Shown here: positions 10,445 through 23,560 of the stretch, piece after piece | Layout: every line of letters begins with the position of its first letter | Position numbering within the stretch: the stretch's first letter is position 1 | NCBI GenBank assembly: GCA_965235115.1 | Contig: OZ249445.1 | Span: forward strand, 8,618,001-8,682,000 | Direction of reading: 5' to 3' | Source: Laetmonice hystrix | Lineage: Eukaryota | Length of the DNA stretch: 64,000 nucleotides | Made by a program: the position numbers and the translations under genes | Notes under the pieces: generated by a model | Database searches by the model: none | What the model saw: the letters and a program-made list of their open reading frames with translations, nothing else | What the model was told of the DNA's origin: nothing

Positions 10445-13110
10445 CCTGACAGTTCTACAAGTTCCCAGACGCATGCCGAAGCGAGTCTTTGGAAGTATTC
10501 GGAGATTAAAAAACGGCACACGGAGACACAGTGACACTTCCGCCGCAGCGCGAAGTTTTGATTGCCTTCCATTAGTCGGCAGACGAACATTACCTTTCCC
10601 GCCACTTTTTCCCCGCCCTGTATTGTCGGCTAGTTTTACACGTAGCAGTATCAGAACAAAGGAAATGTCTTGCATCCACGTGCATGAGGCAGTAGGCAGT
10701 AGTAGTAGTCTAGGTGGGGCTTCCTGTATTAATTGTATAAAGCCACGAAGAACAATAGGCACATGGGTGACAGCTGCAAAAGCAAACTGCGTTTTCCTGC
10801 GAGGAACGCAGGCCGCTAGTTTCTGCGAATAATATTGCTTGTGGCAAAATCAAAGTTCGCGTACGGTGTTCCCATGTACTGCGCCTCTTCATGAATTGCG
10901 CCTGTGAATACTTTATGTTTCAAAATTTATCCAATTTTATTCCATTCTGACAACCTTCTTGGATAGCAACACATAGATCGATATGGGCGGACAACGTTGC
11001 CTGACTAGATCTTGTGCCTTTACTGAGATAACTGATCCCATTATGCGAGCCTCATTTCAGGATACACGCCTGATTCCATGACGACGGAATCACAACGAGA
11101 CAGCGCACAGAGACGGACTTATGTAACAAAGAACATAAAGCTAGAGAAAGTTTCGAGATCCGAACACCCCTGAGAGATTTAACAACGCAAAGTTTCAGGC
11201 AGAAGTGTTGAGACACAGAATCAGCCATGACACCTAGCAGTATAATGATTTTTTTCGGTGTGGACTAAATTCTGTTCCTTAATCACTTCCCTTAAAGTCG
11301 ACACTTCACATGAAAAGCATGGTTTCACGAAAAGTGTAACATGATCAGTCAAAGGTTTGGAGGGAATTTCGAAACGCTTCATCTCGGTCGACCATGAATT
11401 GAAGGGACACGCATGTAAAGCAATAACACTTGTCTTTCACGCCCTAAGGTGCGCGGGTCTGGCATGCATGTCACGCAACCCGGAGGAGGGCGTCCGTCAT
11501 CCCAGCGTTTGTCTTCCAACTTTCTGCCGCCGCTGAAAAGAGAGCGATGTTTTAAAAACAGAAAACGGAGCGTTCGATCGTATATTGACGTATGGTATCA
11601 GGGTTTCCTCCAGAATTTGTTTGGCGGAATCATTAACTCTTTTAGAATAATTGGACCAGAATCGCAAACCATCTCACAAGAGAAAAAAATGAAACCGACG
11701 GACTTCTTTCATATAGGGCTCTCGCAGTCTCCGCCATACTAAATATGAAGCAAATTGTTAGGTTGGCTGAAATTTGAATCTTCTTTCGGCACATCTATAC
11801 CTAATTAGAAAGGCTACCTCTTGAACAGGTAGTAATTATAGATGTCAGTGATCCGCCTATTTTACATTTTTAATGGGGGAAGATAGCGTCAAGTGTATAG
11901 GCTGCAGTTTGACGTCATGTCGTACCGTATTGTTGCACATATGTTAGTGAAATCTGTTACCATTGTTGTAAGATATACACTGAGTGGTAATAATCTGGAC
12001 TCGGGTTTGGCATTACATGGGCATACCTCAGGACTATAGAGACACAACCCCTTCCCGATGGAATCTCATCTGTTAGTACGATTAACATGCTAATATTTAC
12101 ATGATATTTCGCAGATGAAAGAGCTAGAATCATTATTATCTAAAGCGTTGGTAACTTGAATAAAACCGTTTGATTCTAGAGAGCAAGGTAACGACTTCTG
12201 ACTGAGCGTTTGTAGCTGATAATATCCGCTTGGCCATAGAAAGACGGAAGAGACATTCCCATTCGTGCATGATTTGTGCGAGTCGTAAATAATCTGGAAA
12301 GTCAGGGGATTTTTTTTCTAGGAAAATCCTGGAAACTGGAAAAAAGACTAGGCAAACATCATGGAAGAAGTTATAGAACTCCATATCAAATAGTGAATGT
12401 ATTTTTACGCTCTCAAAAATCTTTTTCCGAGTTTCATGGTTTTCCCCGGTGATCCTTGGGAAAAGTTCTGGGTCCTCGAAGAGTGCAACAGGCGTGTGGT
12501 AAAAACTATAGTTTTTTTCTTTCGGCCACTCTTAACAATCATAAAATATCTATTGACAGACAGTCGCATCTGAGACCGTTTCATGGGAATCTAGTCTGGA
12601 GTGTCCTGCTTTAATGCAGGCTCGATTGACTGCGAAATGCCGCGTAATTTCTCGGACAGAATATCCTTACTTTTAGCTATCTCTGTCGTGTTCTTTACTT
12701 GACGTTTAATCTCAATAGATTAGAAATTCACATACATATGTACCTGGATGTATGCAGACAGAAAAGTATTTAAAAGTGCCCATCTGTCTGTTGCAAACGT
12801 ATATGGGGTATCTTTTGTATCTTAAACCAGTTTAGGAATTAAATGGCGTGTTACCGGCTGAGACATGCAATGTTGCCTCTTTGCATTTCAATAAGAGGTT
12901 CGGAGTCTGACGTAGTGCGCACATGCTTTGGAAAGGTGCCTCTGCAGAACATACAATACACGCGTTTTCACGCTTTATCTACGTTTCCATTGTCAATACG
13001 ATCTTCTTGGAGATTTTTGCGTGCTGTGAAATTCTGGATGATTTCTAAGTAGAAAGAATTGTGAATCTTTTCTATGTATTATTTTAGAATATCTTCGTGA
13101 AACTGCAAAC

Positions 13111-13219
13111 CTTCGTCGCTGGTTAAGCATCCTCTTCAACATGGGCTCAGAAATCGATCCTTGAAAGTGGAGCCCCTTTCGGCCCTCCATCTCATCCGTG
13201 GAGTGAACAAAATAGTTGC
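13111..13219 (-). CDS. Candidate internal exon, unknown product (GNYFVHSTDEMEGRKGLHFQGSISEPMLKRMLNQRR)
   Basis: Strong minus-strand acceptor tcttcaccttcccttcgccctcag| and an open frame. The donor aag|gtttgc is weak. Confidence 0.15.
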
Positions 13220-15196
13220 CTGAGGGCGAAGGGAAGGTGAAGAATAGGCACAACAGATGCATGTGCCAGGTCCAAACAAAGGCACATTGGGTATTGGACA
13301 CGGGATTGTGATATCAAGCGGCCGTGAGGGTTCTCCCGGAATGCCGCGTGTTATAGACTCGTATCGGGGTTGTCTTTGACGATCGTTAAGCCATTGTTCC
13401 GTTGACCGAATGGCAGGAGCAGCTATCCGCTACGCTTGTAGGGCTCTGCAAGGTCATCTCTCACACATTTACGTTAAACTCAGCCTGATGCTGATGCCGA
13501 GGATAATAATACAGCCGCGTTTTCACTTTGTACTGGCCGGTGCACATAGTCGGAGGCTTCAAATTCTTAGGAGCAGAAATGCGAGCGCCCGCATGGAGCA
13601 TAGCGATATCTCTTGAAAGACGACAATGTTCACTTCGTGTCTTGGATGTTCTACTTTACAGACTCTTGCAAAGCGGGCAAAATCCTTAATACGGTGCTGC
13701 TTTGCAAATTTCATGCTGAGCGGGCTTTATGCAGGGGTTTGGTGGAAATTATGGAAATTATGCCATTTAAAGTCAGTTTTGTTCCGTTGGCATTGGAATG
13801 ATGATCAAAGGCTTTGATAAAAAAATGCAGCGTAAGTTGCTGTGTCTTCGTGGAATGTTATATATTCAATTAGCTGTAAGCCACCTTTTCCTTACTTCGG
13901 GCTGTTTTCTTTCCTATATCTCATTAAATGATCAAACGAATCGTAAAATGAATGCACCAAAAAGTGGCCACAAGCCCCTGGACCGAGAACCATAGGATGA
14001 CGTACTTGATTGCTTTTATTTTTCCGTTTGTTTTACATTGTCTTACATGAGAAGCACTCGGTTTGCACGGGACGGAAGCGGGTTGCGATGAGCCTTCTCG
14101 ATCTGGCCCAGCTGAATAAGAAACTTCAGAAAAGCGGGTTGAATCGGAAGGGGAGTGCTCAGGGAAGGAGAAATGACTCCGACTTATGAAGTACAATGAC
14201 TGACGATTAACACAAGGCCACATCAAGGCAACTGACCCTTCTGTGACAAGGGAGGAACGCAGCAAGGATGCAGATCTGACGCAGGACGCAGTCTGAAGTT
14301 TCCTTTGATAGAGAGGAGTTTGACGGCGGCAATAGTTATCCCATAGTGTAGTGAAAAACAAGGACAACCTGCCTGAAGATGGATTCAAAGCGATCCAACA
14401 TGTTTCGTATATACCTGAAGAGTTGCGTAGCTCCTTCATCAATAATCTCACTATAACCGCTTTGATTGTTTGACAGGGCGTTTACTCTTTGACATTCCTT
14501 GTTCTAAGTTGATGCTTGAATCGCAGATGTTAGCATTCTCTCTTAAGATATATTGAATTGCATCAGTATTGCATGGACGAGTTATTAGTCCCGTATGAGT
14601 TGAAACGGCGCACATGCACAATCAATGATATCCCATAATGCAACTTGGTATCTTACAGACGTTTTCTCAAACATATAGTGTCTGCCAATGGAACACACGC
14701 TTATATGAGATAAAGTTTAGTCTTACAATATTGCACATGTAGTACGTACAGAGAAGGGGAGTGTCTGCATTTCAGTTAGACCAGAGTAGAAGGACTTGTT
14801 TAAAATATTGACAGAAAATGTCCTTAGATATGTCAGTAAATTCCATGTGGTCGTCCAAACCCTCAGAGAGGGTTGAAAACGGATTTCTTTTGAAGTTTCT
14901 GTTTTTTCCTCTCCAAGGTTTGCACAAATATGTCGGTAGCTTGGATAGATATGCCCGACTTTTTAGAAGTGTTCAGATCTTTGCCCTGGAAGACTAATTT
15001 GCATCCTTGCCGGGTATAATACTCAGGTAGACGATCGCTTTCATATTACTTCATTTTTCAACATGCAGGTCTTTCATGTTGAGCGATACCGTTGGTAGAA
15101 ATTTTAAACAACTGGCCGCGGTTTTTTTCATGCATCATTAGTGACGTGCACGTCTTGCATGCCAGGTATTGTGTAGGAGAGCGTTGGAGACTGTGC

Positions 15197-15210
15197 TCAG
15201 TAGGGGGCGC
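15197..15210 (+). promoter_or_regulatory. CTCF-like motif
   Basis: TCAGTAGGGGGCGC, one mismatch to CCRSYAGRKGGCRS. Confidence 0.4.
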
Positions 15211-16349
15211 CTCGCTGTCTGGCATGCAGAACGCGCATGTCGGCCTACTAACGATACGATAAATATAGTTAGCCGTCAACTCCACAACGATCTAACTCTC
15301 TCTGTTGCGAAATAAGAAAGATAATTAGATATCTGATTTTCTTTCTTCTTCTATTTTTTCACCTTGAAATCGCCTTTTTCTGAGTGTGTGCAGGTGTGGG
15401 TGTGCAGGGGTGTGCACGTTCTGTTACATTCATCGACACAGGGGACTGACGTTCAGTGTATTTCGTTCGATCAAACCCTACCGTGACTGCCATGTTATAA
15501 TGAAAAGATCCTTACTTGTACGCACCTCTATTTCAATACTTCAAAGTCCCAATCCTGAAATTTATAGATTCGCATAAATCATAAAACACGCTCTGAACCT
15601 GGTCACGACGCCGCTGGGTGGAGAGATTCATTGGTTGGCCGCCGTCCCTCTGTTAGGCAAGGAACATAACATGTTCTCAACACGGCGCTCGCAGACACAT
15701 TCAACACGTCCGTAATCGTATTTCAGAGAAATTGTTTGGGGAAATCAGATCCGAGATTGTCAGGAACCCTTGCCGGGGAGTTGCTTTGTGCGCCTTGTGC
15801 ATTGAGCACCGATTTCCTGCTTACATCATAGGCTCCAAAAAGTGGGGATTCGAATTACTGTATACTGAAAGTGGAAAGGTGTTGTATTGATTACAATGAC
15901 AGAACATATATTCACATAAACATGCGGATGGTGAAGGTAGCGGGTTGTAAGCCTTAAAATCACATAAGAATTTGAGACAATGGAAATAGAATAAAGAAAA
16001 ATCTTGACAATTTTCTTTGTCATGGAGAGGTTGTCTTTGTGTAAGAACCTGCTATGCGAATACCTTCTGTTCACATAGGGTAGGTATACAAATAACACAG
16101 ATCTGCAAGTTTGGACTTTTTTGAAGCTTAACTCTAGGTCTGTGGTGATCTGAAACAAAAGACTTGGAATCTGTGAATATATAGTTTTACTTGAAGTGCT
16201 ATTCATCCCTGGAAGTGTAACAGTCAGCACGTCCACGTCCAACACAAAGCCACACAGTCCGGGGCCCTTTACATTTAAGCCACCAGATTTTGAGATGTGC
16301 CAGGCAATAAGAAGGTCACAAATCTGAGAGACTATCTCGCTTGCACATT

Positions 16350-16521
16350 CAGTGACGTCGGAACCGGGGGGAGGCCACAGGGGCCATGCCCCCCACCCCC
16401 ACCGACCAGAGAAACTGGGGGAGGCAGACTGTGTTTTGCGCCCCCCCCCCCCACGATTCATGTCTCAGTGGGCCTAGACAGCCCCCCCCCCCCAAATAAA
16501 AAAATGCTTCTGCCATCACTG
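16350..16521. mobile_element. CAGTG...CACTG MITE (hAT-like termini) with 5-bp TSD
   Basis: Diverged TIRs CAGTGACGTCGGAA and TTCTGCCATCACTG, internal poly-C/G tracts, exact ACATT on both flanks (16345-16349 and 16522-16526). Confidence 0.75.
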
Positions 16522-18650
16522 ACATTTATAAAAACTTCATGTTCACCGAACCCGACAGCAGGCTGTAAATAATAGTTTGGCAACAGTTTACCGTAGGTTA
16601 GCTCTTCAGCATATATATTGATAAGGAATCCAGGGTTTGTCATCATATTAGTAATATGTACTTTGCATTTACCATACTGACGATTCTAATTTACCAAAGG
16701 GTTATAGTTACACGTACTTGACAAGGTTAGGCTATAGTGCGAGGGAAGAACTGGTAAGCGCTGGTGTTTGAATTCTGCAATAATTTGTTTGTGGAAGAAG
16801 GCAGATGAAAGTAGAATATCTCTCATGGCTTCTTGAGCAAGAATACAGAGGAAGCATATCTCGGATAGGGGTGCTGAACACACATAACATTGTAATAGAC
16901 TTGTTGGTTGCTCTAAGCCGGAGGACTGTAGCTTAGAAGACACCCTGAGATGGCTTCAGGGACGTGCATATGGTCAGAATAGCTTGTGATGGCTTAGGAT
17001 ACAGGGATGGAGTCTCAGGGATAAGCTGTTGTAATCCCACCTCTGACGCTATGTTTGTGATGTCCCATATGACCATGAAACCATAGCAGATTGGCGCTGA
17101 TGTTGTGGTCAATCGCATTGCCAAAAACCCTGGTAAATGTTTTAAAATAGCATCAGTTGGCTTCGCATGTGTTTATAGGTTTATGGGCAGGGGAAGGGGC
17201 GGAATACATTGAGTTGACTTCAGTGATAGTTATAGGGGCAGATTGTGGGTTCTTGGACCGAATGAAAACTTAGTCATTATTCATACATTTTGCAAATTTC
17301 CATTTAAACTGAAACACTTTTGCTTGAGTTTGAATTACTACAAACACTAAACATGAAAATTGTATATAAATATCATCCATATACAAACAATTTTCTGTCC
17401 GTGTCTTTTCCTCGTTAATCTCAAGTTTCTCGATTTCTCAACTTGTTTGCTGCGTGCCTATATTTCACTAATGAGTGAAAGGATTGACACGTAGACCTGC
17501 GTGGTAAGGAGAAAGAGTACTGGAGTCAGTAACTGGTTGCAGTTTGCTGGTTTTCTGAAATATTCCGGTGTCTGTGCGCCTCCATATGATTCTAGTTGGT
17601 AGAGACGCTGGAAACATCAGTCATTCGTACTTTGAAGTTGTAACTTTTAAAGATCAGCTACTTTGTCTTAGGTCCTCATACTATACTAAGTTCTTGGTCA
17701 CACCAACTTTGTGACGTTCTGTTATCAAAGGATAATGATGTCGGGAATAGTGAGGGAAGGACACGTGGATAAATAACATGAGCTTTCGGGAAAGGACACA
17801 TCCTAGCCACGATCAAAGCTTTCCAGAAAGAGAGTTAGTTACTTCACACGGGATGAAAGGAAACCAACTGATGGTAGAGAGACACGTGAACTCCGTCATC
17901 TTGGGATACACTCCCAGTTTTTGAAAAGGTGCCGCCAGTTTGCTATCTGTATAAGTCAGTTACCTGTAGCCGGTCCCAGTGTGTATCTTTGAAAGCTCCC
18001 CCCCCCTTCGCATTCTCTTCAGTAACTTTTCGGTCTGTTTATTCTGCTTCGTCCGGTTCATAACATTACTTTAACATCTTTCAATACGTTATGTAATTGT
18101 AATCCTTTGACACCATCAAACTCCTATTGCTGGTCTGAGGTGATATCAGAGTAAACAGGTAAACGATTTCACAGTGATTCGCCGTTACTTCTTAACAGTC
18201 GTGGTGAAACCAGACGTGTGGCGCCGTCTGGTAGGCTATGTGTGTAACTACGACTGGAGGCGGAGTCGAGGTGTGTCATGACACCGAAATTTACACATGG
18301 CTCGGAAACGATTGATTTATATTGGTGGGGGTAGCTTTTATTTGCACTCCAATATTCCAAAATTGACACACAAGCCGTGGCTATTATTGTATGCAACATA
18401 TGAGCTTCAGAGCAGTCAGGATTGTACGGGTGAGACCCATCGCAGACGGTTGGCAACATGCCGTTGTTAGTAGCCTGCCATTAGTGTCAAGTCTCGTTCT
18501 ACCATTGTATTTTATAGAGGCTCAAATACAGAAATTGGCGTTCTGAAATGTTTGGTACGACTTCTAACTTAAAAAGCGACCCATGTCATTAATAGTGGTC
18601 TAGAGACATTGGTTTAATGCCATGTACTTTACGAATTGGCTTAGACTCCT

Positions 18651-18667
18651 GGGTCATTTCAAGGTCA
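18651..18667 (+). promoter_or_regulatory. Perfect DR5 nuclear-receptor element (RARE-type)
   Basis: GGGTCA-tttca-AGGTCA, which also contains TCAAGGTCA (ERR/NR5A site). Confidence 0.45.
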
Positions 18668-19478
18668 TAAGATATGTTTTTCAAGATATATCAGGTGAGA
18701 AGAGTCCAGTATCGTTAAGTAGTGCCCCCCCCCCCAAAAAAAAAAACAACTTTCAATGGCGTCTGTGATTAATCCACTAAGATAAATAATTTGAGAGCAT
18801 ATGTTTGTATTGGTGTGCATTTAGTTATAAGTGTCTGTATATAGCGATAGAGTCATGCATTTATAGACACATTTCTTTTGGCCTTACCTGTCCTATTCCC
18901 GAAGTGGTCGAAAATCTTATAAGTCCGAAAAGATACTCCATTGGTCATGGGTAACAACCGATAACAGAACAGCCCCATCTAAATCAGGTCGTGTATCTGT
19001 CACATGTTGAATAGGACATGCTGAGCTGTTTGAAATTTGAAATGTTATGCGTTAGGGAATAGGACAGATAAGTGGGGGATTAATGTAGGGCCTAGATACA
19101 AACCTTCATCCGTACCTACACCCATGATAATATTTGCATACATCTGTAGGTAGGACAGACAGGCAGACTTGTTTCTTTGTTATCAAATTTATCATATAAA
19201 TGAGGACCGTGACCTGTGGCAGCAATTCATTCTCATGTTCATATCAATTTACAAGAGAATCTATTATAGACGTTGCATTAGGTATAAGATGAGACATTCC
19301 TTTGGGTGGTAGGTCAACTCTACATATAAATTAAGATAATAACTGTCATTAGGTTGGCAATAAGAAGAAGAACATTTAGGAAGATGATTCAGGATGACAG
19401 ATCACCAGAACGCTCCCGCCACGAGCCGTACGGCTGACGTTTGAAGGACAAACCACACAGAACACGTAGGCCTATATT

Positions 19479-19660
19479 GGTCCCGACACGGAACGGGTCC
19501 GACACGTCAAGTTTCCGTCACAATGAAACTGAACGGGGCAGATCGTGCCGTTCCTGCCGCACTATGCCGGACCGGATCCGCACGCAGTGTGGCCACACCT
19601 CTCCATTCTTATTGTGGTTGACAAATTGACGTGTCGGAACCGTTCCGTGTCGGTGGGGCC
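19479..19660. mobile_element. Palindromic MITE, possibly Harbinger-like
   Basis: CCGACACGGAACGGGTCCGACACGTCAA (19483-19510) matches the reverse complement of 19626-19653 at 27/28. Termini ggtcc.. and ..ggggcc; central gtgtggccacac palindrome. Confidence 0.75.
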
Positions 19661-19710
19661 GTCAGACTGCCACCCTGACCATGCTTTACTATAAAGTAAT
19701 GTGCTCTATT

Positions 19711-19727
19711 CCTACAAGGGGGCGCTA
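19711..19727 (+). promoter_or_regulatory. CTCF-like motif
   Basis: CCTACAAGGGGGCGCTA resembles CCACCAGGGGGCGCTA (two mismatches in the core). Confidence 0.35.
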
Positions 19728-20576
19728 AGAGATAGCCGTGGCCGCCCTCGTCCTCTCTTTACTTGCTTCATCGTGAGAGGCGGGAGAACGAGATATTGAG
19801 GAGTATGGAGACCATTCCTGGGCGTAATAAAGGGAAAAGGTTCACGAACTAAATGTTTCATGAAAGACCAAACGAAACACACAGATATGCACAGTTCATG
19901 ACATAATAAATCCTGTATAGTCAATAACTTCCGAATACATGGCGACCCAGAAAGGCTGCAGTTTCCTAATGTTGTACAGCGTCCTGTGTGGCTGTGGACT
20001 GAGAATGGTGCTGTAATGCGTCATAACTGTACAGAGACACTCGGCCAACATCCCAAACAAAGTTCCAGTCTACATACTATTTATGAAGAGGGAAGGATGC
20101 CAACGCCCGCTCCTATGCCAATACCTCGGCCGCTTCTATTGAGCCTTTCCAAAAGCTCTCTTGCATCCTGCATTCGGTACAACCAAGGGGCCAAAACTCT
20201 CTGGCGCGCTGCTGTCTTCATAACCGTTAAAATATCCGTGTTCAAATGGCGTTCTCTCTTACTTTCCATTAGGTGATATTCTAACCCTTGCTTCTCGCTT
20301 AACACCCATTAGGTGATATTTTAGACCTGAAACCGCTCTGCTTGCATGCGTTTGATATTTGACTTTTAGAGTATGTAACTTGCGCGTGTTCTCACTGCAA
20401 TGATCCTGGGTTAGGGATGGTGTGATAAACAGGGCATGCCGATTTATGGGCAGTTAACCTTCGCCCTGAGCTCATGTAGAGTGGATCTGACCGTCATTGT
20501 GACACCGGTGAGAACGCCATCTTGGTAGAATGGTCATTCTCCTGTTGTCAAGGTGATTTAAATGGCGTCCATTCTG

Positions 20577-20727
20577 AGGGCCGTGCCCAGAGATTGGTGC
20601 AGGGGGGGGGGGGGGGGTTACAGTGGACGGATCCAAGTGTTAGTTAGGACCTAAAAAAACTTTAAAAAATCCAGGTACCGGGCGGGGGGGAGGGGTTACA
20701 GAACCCCCCCCCCCCGGCACGGCCCTG
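20577..20727. mobile_element. (C)AGGGCCGTGCC...GGCACGGCCCTG MITE
   Basis: 11-bp TIR AGGGCCGTGCC, poly-G/poly-C interior, ATTCTG on both flanks (20571-20576 and 20728-20733). Confidence 0.85.
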
Positions 20728-21857
20728 ATTCTGGTCACAGTTTCACTTTATAGTTTCATTTTACAGCTATTTCTAACGTGAATAAACAGTGTTAGTGTCA
20801 CACATTTATCTCTTTTAATATATATTTATAAGTGTTCAGAATGCGGTGATAACACTCAGACCGAAGTAAATAAGAATTACACTTTCACTGCTGTCAGTAC
20901 TGCTGTAAGTACTACTGTCAGTCGTCGTTCCAGCGTGATTTCATCTCGGTGTTCTCTAAGTCCAAGTATACTGAACATGATGAGATACCTCTGCTATTAG
21001 TTACTGCGCACGTGTATGTCACAGTCTGTTTCACAACATCTGGTTTTCTGGTATAGCTGTCCGACAGGGAAGTTTTCGTCAAACAAAAAAGGGCGATTAG
21101 GTAGGATGGCCAACTTTGAGGCCGACTAGAAGAGGTGACAGAGTTCTTATGTACAAGGAAATACCGAGCCGGGATTTCTGGCACGCCAAAACTACAGTTA
21201 TGTATCCTCCGAAGACGACCTTGTTAACGCTAACAGAGTTGATATGGGATCTAGTGACACCGGTCTGTCTGACCTGATGTAGACCGCTTTGGATATGAAG
21301 TCAACAATCCCACAGAAATGAAAAAAAAAATGTTATTTTAATTTTTCAAGCAGCTTCTTTACACGTCCTTTGCGATATAACTTTTTGAACATTTGCTGAC
21401 TCAGAAAGCTTGAACTTGAACTTGTTGCCTTGGCGTTCTCCTATAGGGGGTGTATACATAAATACATGCGGATAATGTAGGCTATACTGTTTATCTGCAA
21501 TCGTACCATCCTCGAGGGTCTCGTCCAGCCACAGCCACCTAGTGGTAATTTTGATAACTACGATCATCCTGTGCTGTAGCATAGGAACTGACGTCTATTA
21601 TGGCACATGGACCGTCAGCATGACTCTCTTATCGCACAATGCTGAAGAACGAGACTGTAAAGTGGGCCCTTTCACCGCTAATGGTCCATGAATAGAAATT
21701 TCAGAGGACATGTTACTTAAAACATAAAATACAGCAAACCATGAAGAGGGTAATCGATTTGGGAGGCGTATTCCACGTTCCCACCTTGCAATATTAGGCA
21801 GATGATATGAAGCTCAGTCGGTATTATACACTGGTGAGGAGACGGTGGATACATCAG

Positions 21858-21961
21858 GGCCCAGTTCCTAAAGCTTAACGCTTCTGATTGGCTGCTCTAA
21901 GCAGACCAGCCAATCAGAAGCGTTAAGCTTAAGCACGATCTTAAGTCTTTAGGAAGGGGCC
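21858..21961. mobile_element. PIF/Harbinger-like palindromic MITE with CAG TSD
   Basis: TIRs GGCCCAGTTCCTAAAG and CTTTAGGAAGGGGCC. CAG is duplicated at 21855-21857 and 21962-21964. Perfect internal 24-bp inverted repeat at 21871-21894 and 21907-21930. Confidence 0.88.
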
Positions 21962-22664
21962 CAGAATTTACCCTGGTCTGGACTGGTCTGAGGGTGGAGT
22001 TGGGGGGTGGGGGTCAAAAGGTTGCAAATAATGTCAGTGTGGTATCAGAGTGATTTCGATGATTTCAATTTCGATGAGATTTCGTATACAAATAAAGAAT
22101 GAATAAAGAAGGTCTTGCGTGCTAGCCATTTTTTGCCAGCATGAAAAGAGGTATTGAAGGTAGTGAAAAAAGCCGCACAACACCTCCCACCCTGGGACCA
22201 CCAAGATATAGAGACGGGGTTGGGGCCTCAAAATAATGTCAGGCACAGTTGTACAGTGAATACCCCCTTCAGTCACTACGCCTCTTTTACGACTTAATTA
22301 TCTACCCGTATCAGTCCAATTTGCTTTGAGATCTAACAGGTCGACTCTGTCATAGGCCGCCACTTGTCCATCCAGCCATGACGGTGGAGCTATCAAACCG
22401 TTGGTTTAGAGAGTTTAGTCTCCTCTCATGGCTCCATCGTCCACACCAACGCGATACCGGCAGCCCCAAGGACCTGGCACAAGAAATGAAAAATTGAAAA
22501 AAAAAAGATTATCCGTATTTAATCTTATCAATATTTTTGCTCAGAAAACCGAAACAATCTTGTGACATTTTTCTTGTGCCAATCCGATGTCCTTTTTCGG
22601 TTCTTGAGCTTGAATCAGGTCGTTCTGGAAGGAATCAGCTCGTTCTGGCTGCACTGGCTTCACT

Positions 22665-22713
22665 TTCATTCATTCATTCTTTCTGTTTCTCTCTCTCTCA
22701 ATCTCTCTCTCTC
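22665..22713. repeat. (TCAT)n/(TC)n microsatellite
   Basis: Read directly from the sequence. Confidence 0.85.
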
Positions 22714-23491
22714 CCTGTCAATCTGTTCCTTCCGAAGGCAAGGCGTAAAACCCCAAATCTGGCGTTAAATGGAAATAGCTAGTAACTAACATTTTTGAAA
22801 GAAAATGAGTTTGATGTTTCTTTAAACTTACTATCTTATTGCGCATCTCTCAGCACAAGAAGTGTATAGATATTATGCACTGGTATATCCCACAAACGGT
22901 TTGTGTGTGAAAGGTTTGTCAGACAGTTGGTCAACCTATTGCCCCCCTCTGTTACAACATGGGGCGGTCCACATACGTTGACACCCGCTGACGGGGCTCG
23001 GCGCATGACCCTTGTCCTATCCAACAGCCCATATTACCCCCCCCCCCGGTTTAAACCCAACCCAGGCCAGATTAACTCAGGATATAGGCTAGAGTAGGTT
23101 TAATCTGGGTTTAAAACATTCATGTTCATTTACACCTTGTCGTCAGATCCCATTTCTGGTTAAGAGGACGAAGAAGGTCGGGCGGCCTACGTCCATGCCC
23201 CTTTCGTCCCAGCTTTGATCATTAAGTCTAGCGGGTATAATGACTGGTGCTATATGATTTATGAGGAAGGGGTGCCGATTTTATCTCAGAAATTCACGTT
23301 GATACATATCCTTTAATCAAGATGCAAGTTGTATAATGTAGGTTACTTCTTCTCCGTACTAAAACACTGAGTCACGAGCCCTCATGTCGATCTGTCACCT
23401 CTCAATTTTTATGTTTCATAGAGTCCTCTCTGCTTTAGCGCCCGATTGGCCGTATCTGCGGGCTATCCCTCAGCCTCACCGCCAACACCAA

Positions 23492-23560
23492 GGCCCAGTT
23501 CCTAAAATTGTAATATCTTGCTTAAGTTTAGGTTGAACTCTTCTGATTGGCTGGTCTGCT
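23492..23560. mobile_element. Truncated copy of the 21858 Harbinger-like MITE family
   Basis: GGCCCAGTTCCTAAA terminus plus CTTCTGATTGGCTGGTCTGCT (23540-23560), identical to the reverse complement of part of the 21858 element. Confidence 0.8.

Noticed and set aside
14984-15004. miR-7-like TGGAAGACTA; also miR-31-like (about 31674) and miR-100-like (about 61452) starts
   Set aside because: Only the first 8-10 nt match, and there is no full mature sequence or precursor hairpin.
15826-16461. 211-aa minus-strand ORF
   Set aside because: It starts inside the 16350 MITE poly-C tract and has no recognisable motif.
18424-18459. CDGSH iron-sulfur motif (PTVCDGSH) on the minus strand
   Set aside because: The required upstream C-x-C-x2-(S/T) is absent, the P-C spacing is wrong, and an in-frame stop lies a few codons upstream.
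20081-20160. Envelope-like furin site plus fusion peptide (RSGR-GIGIGAGVGIL)
   Set aside because: A stop follows within a few residues and there is no LTR, gag or pol context.
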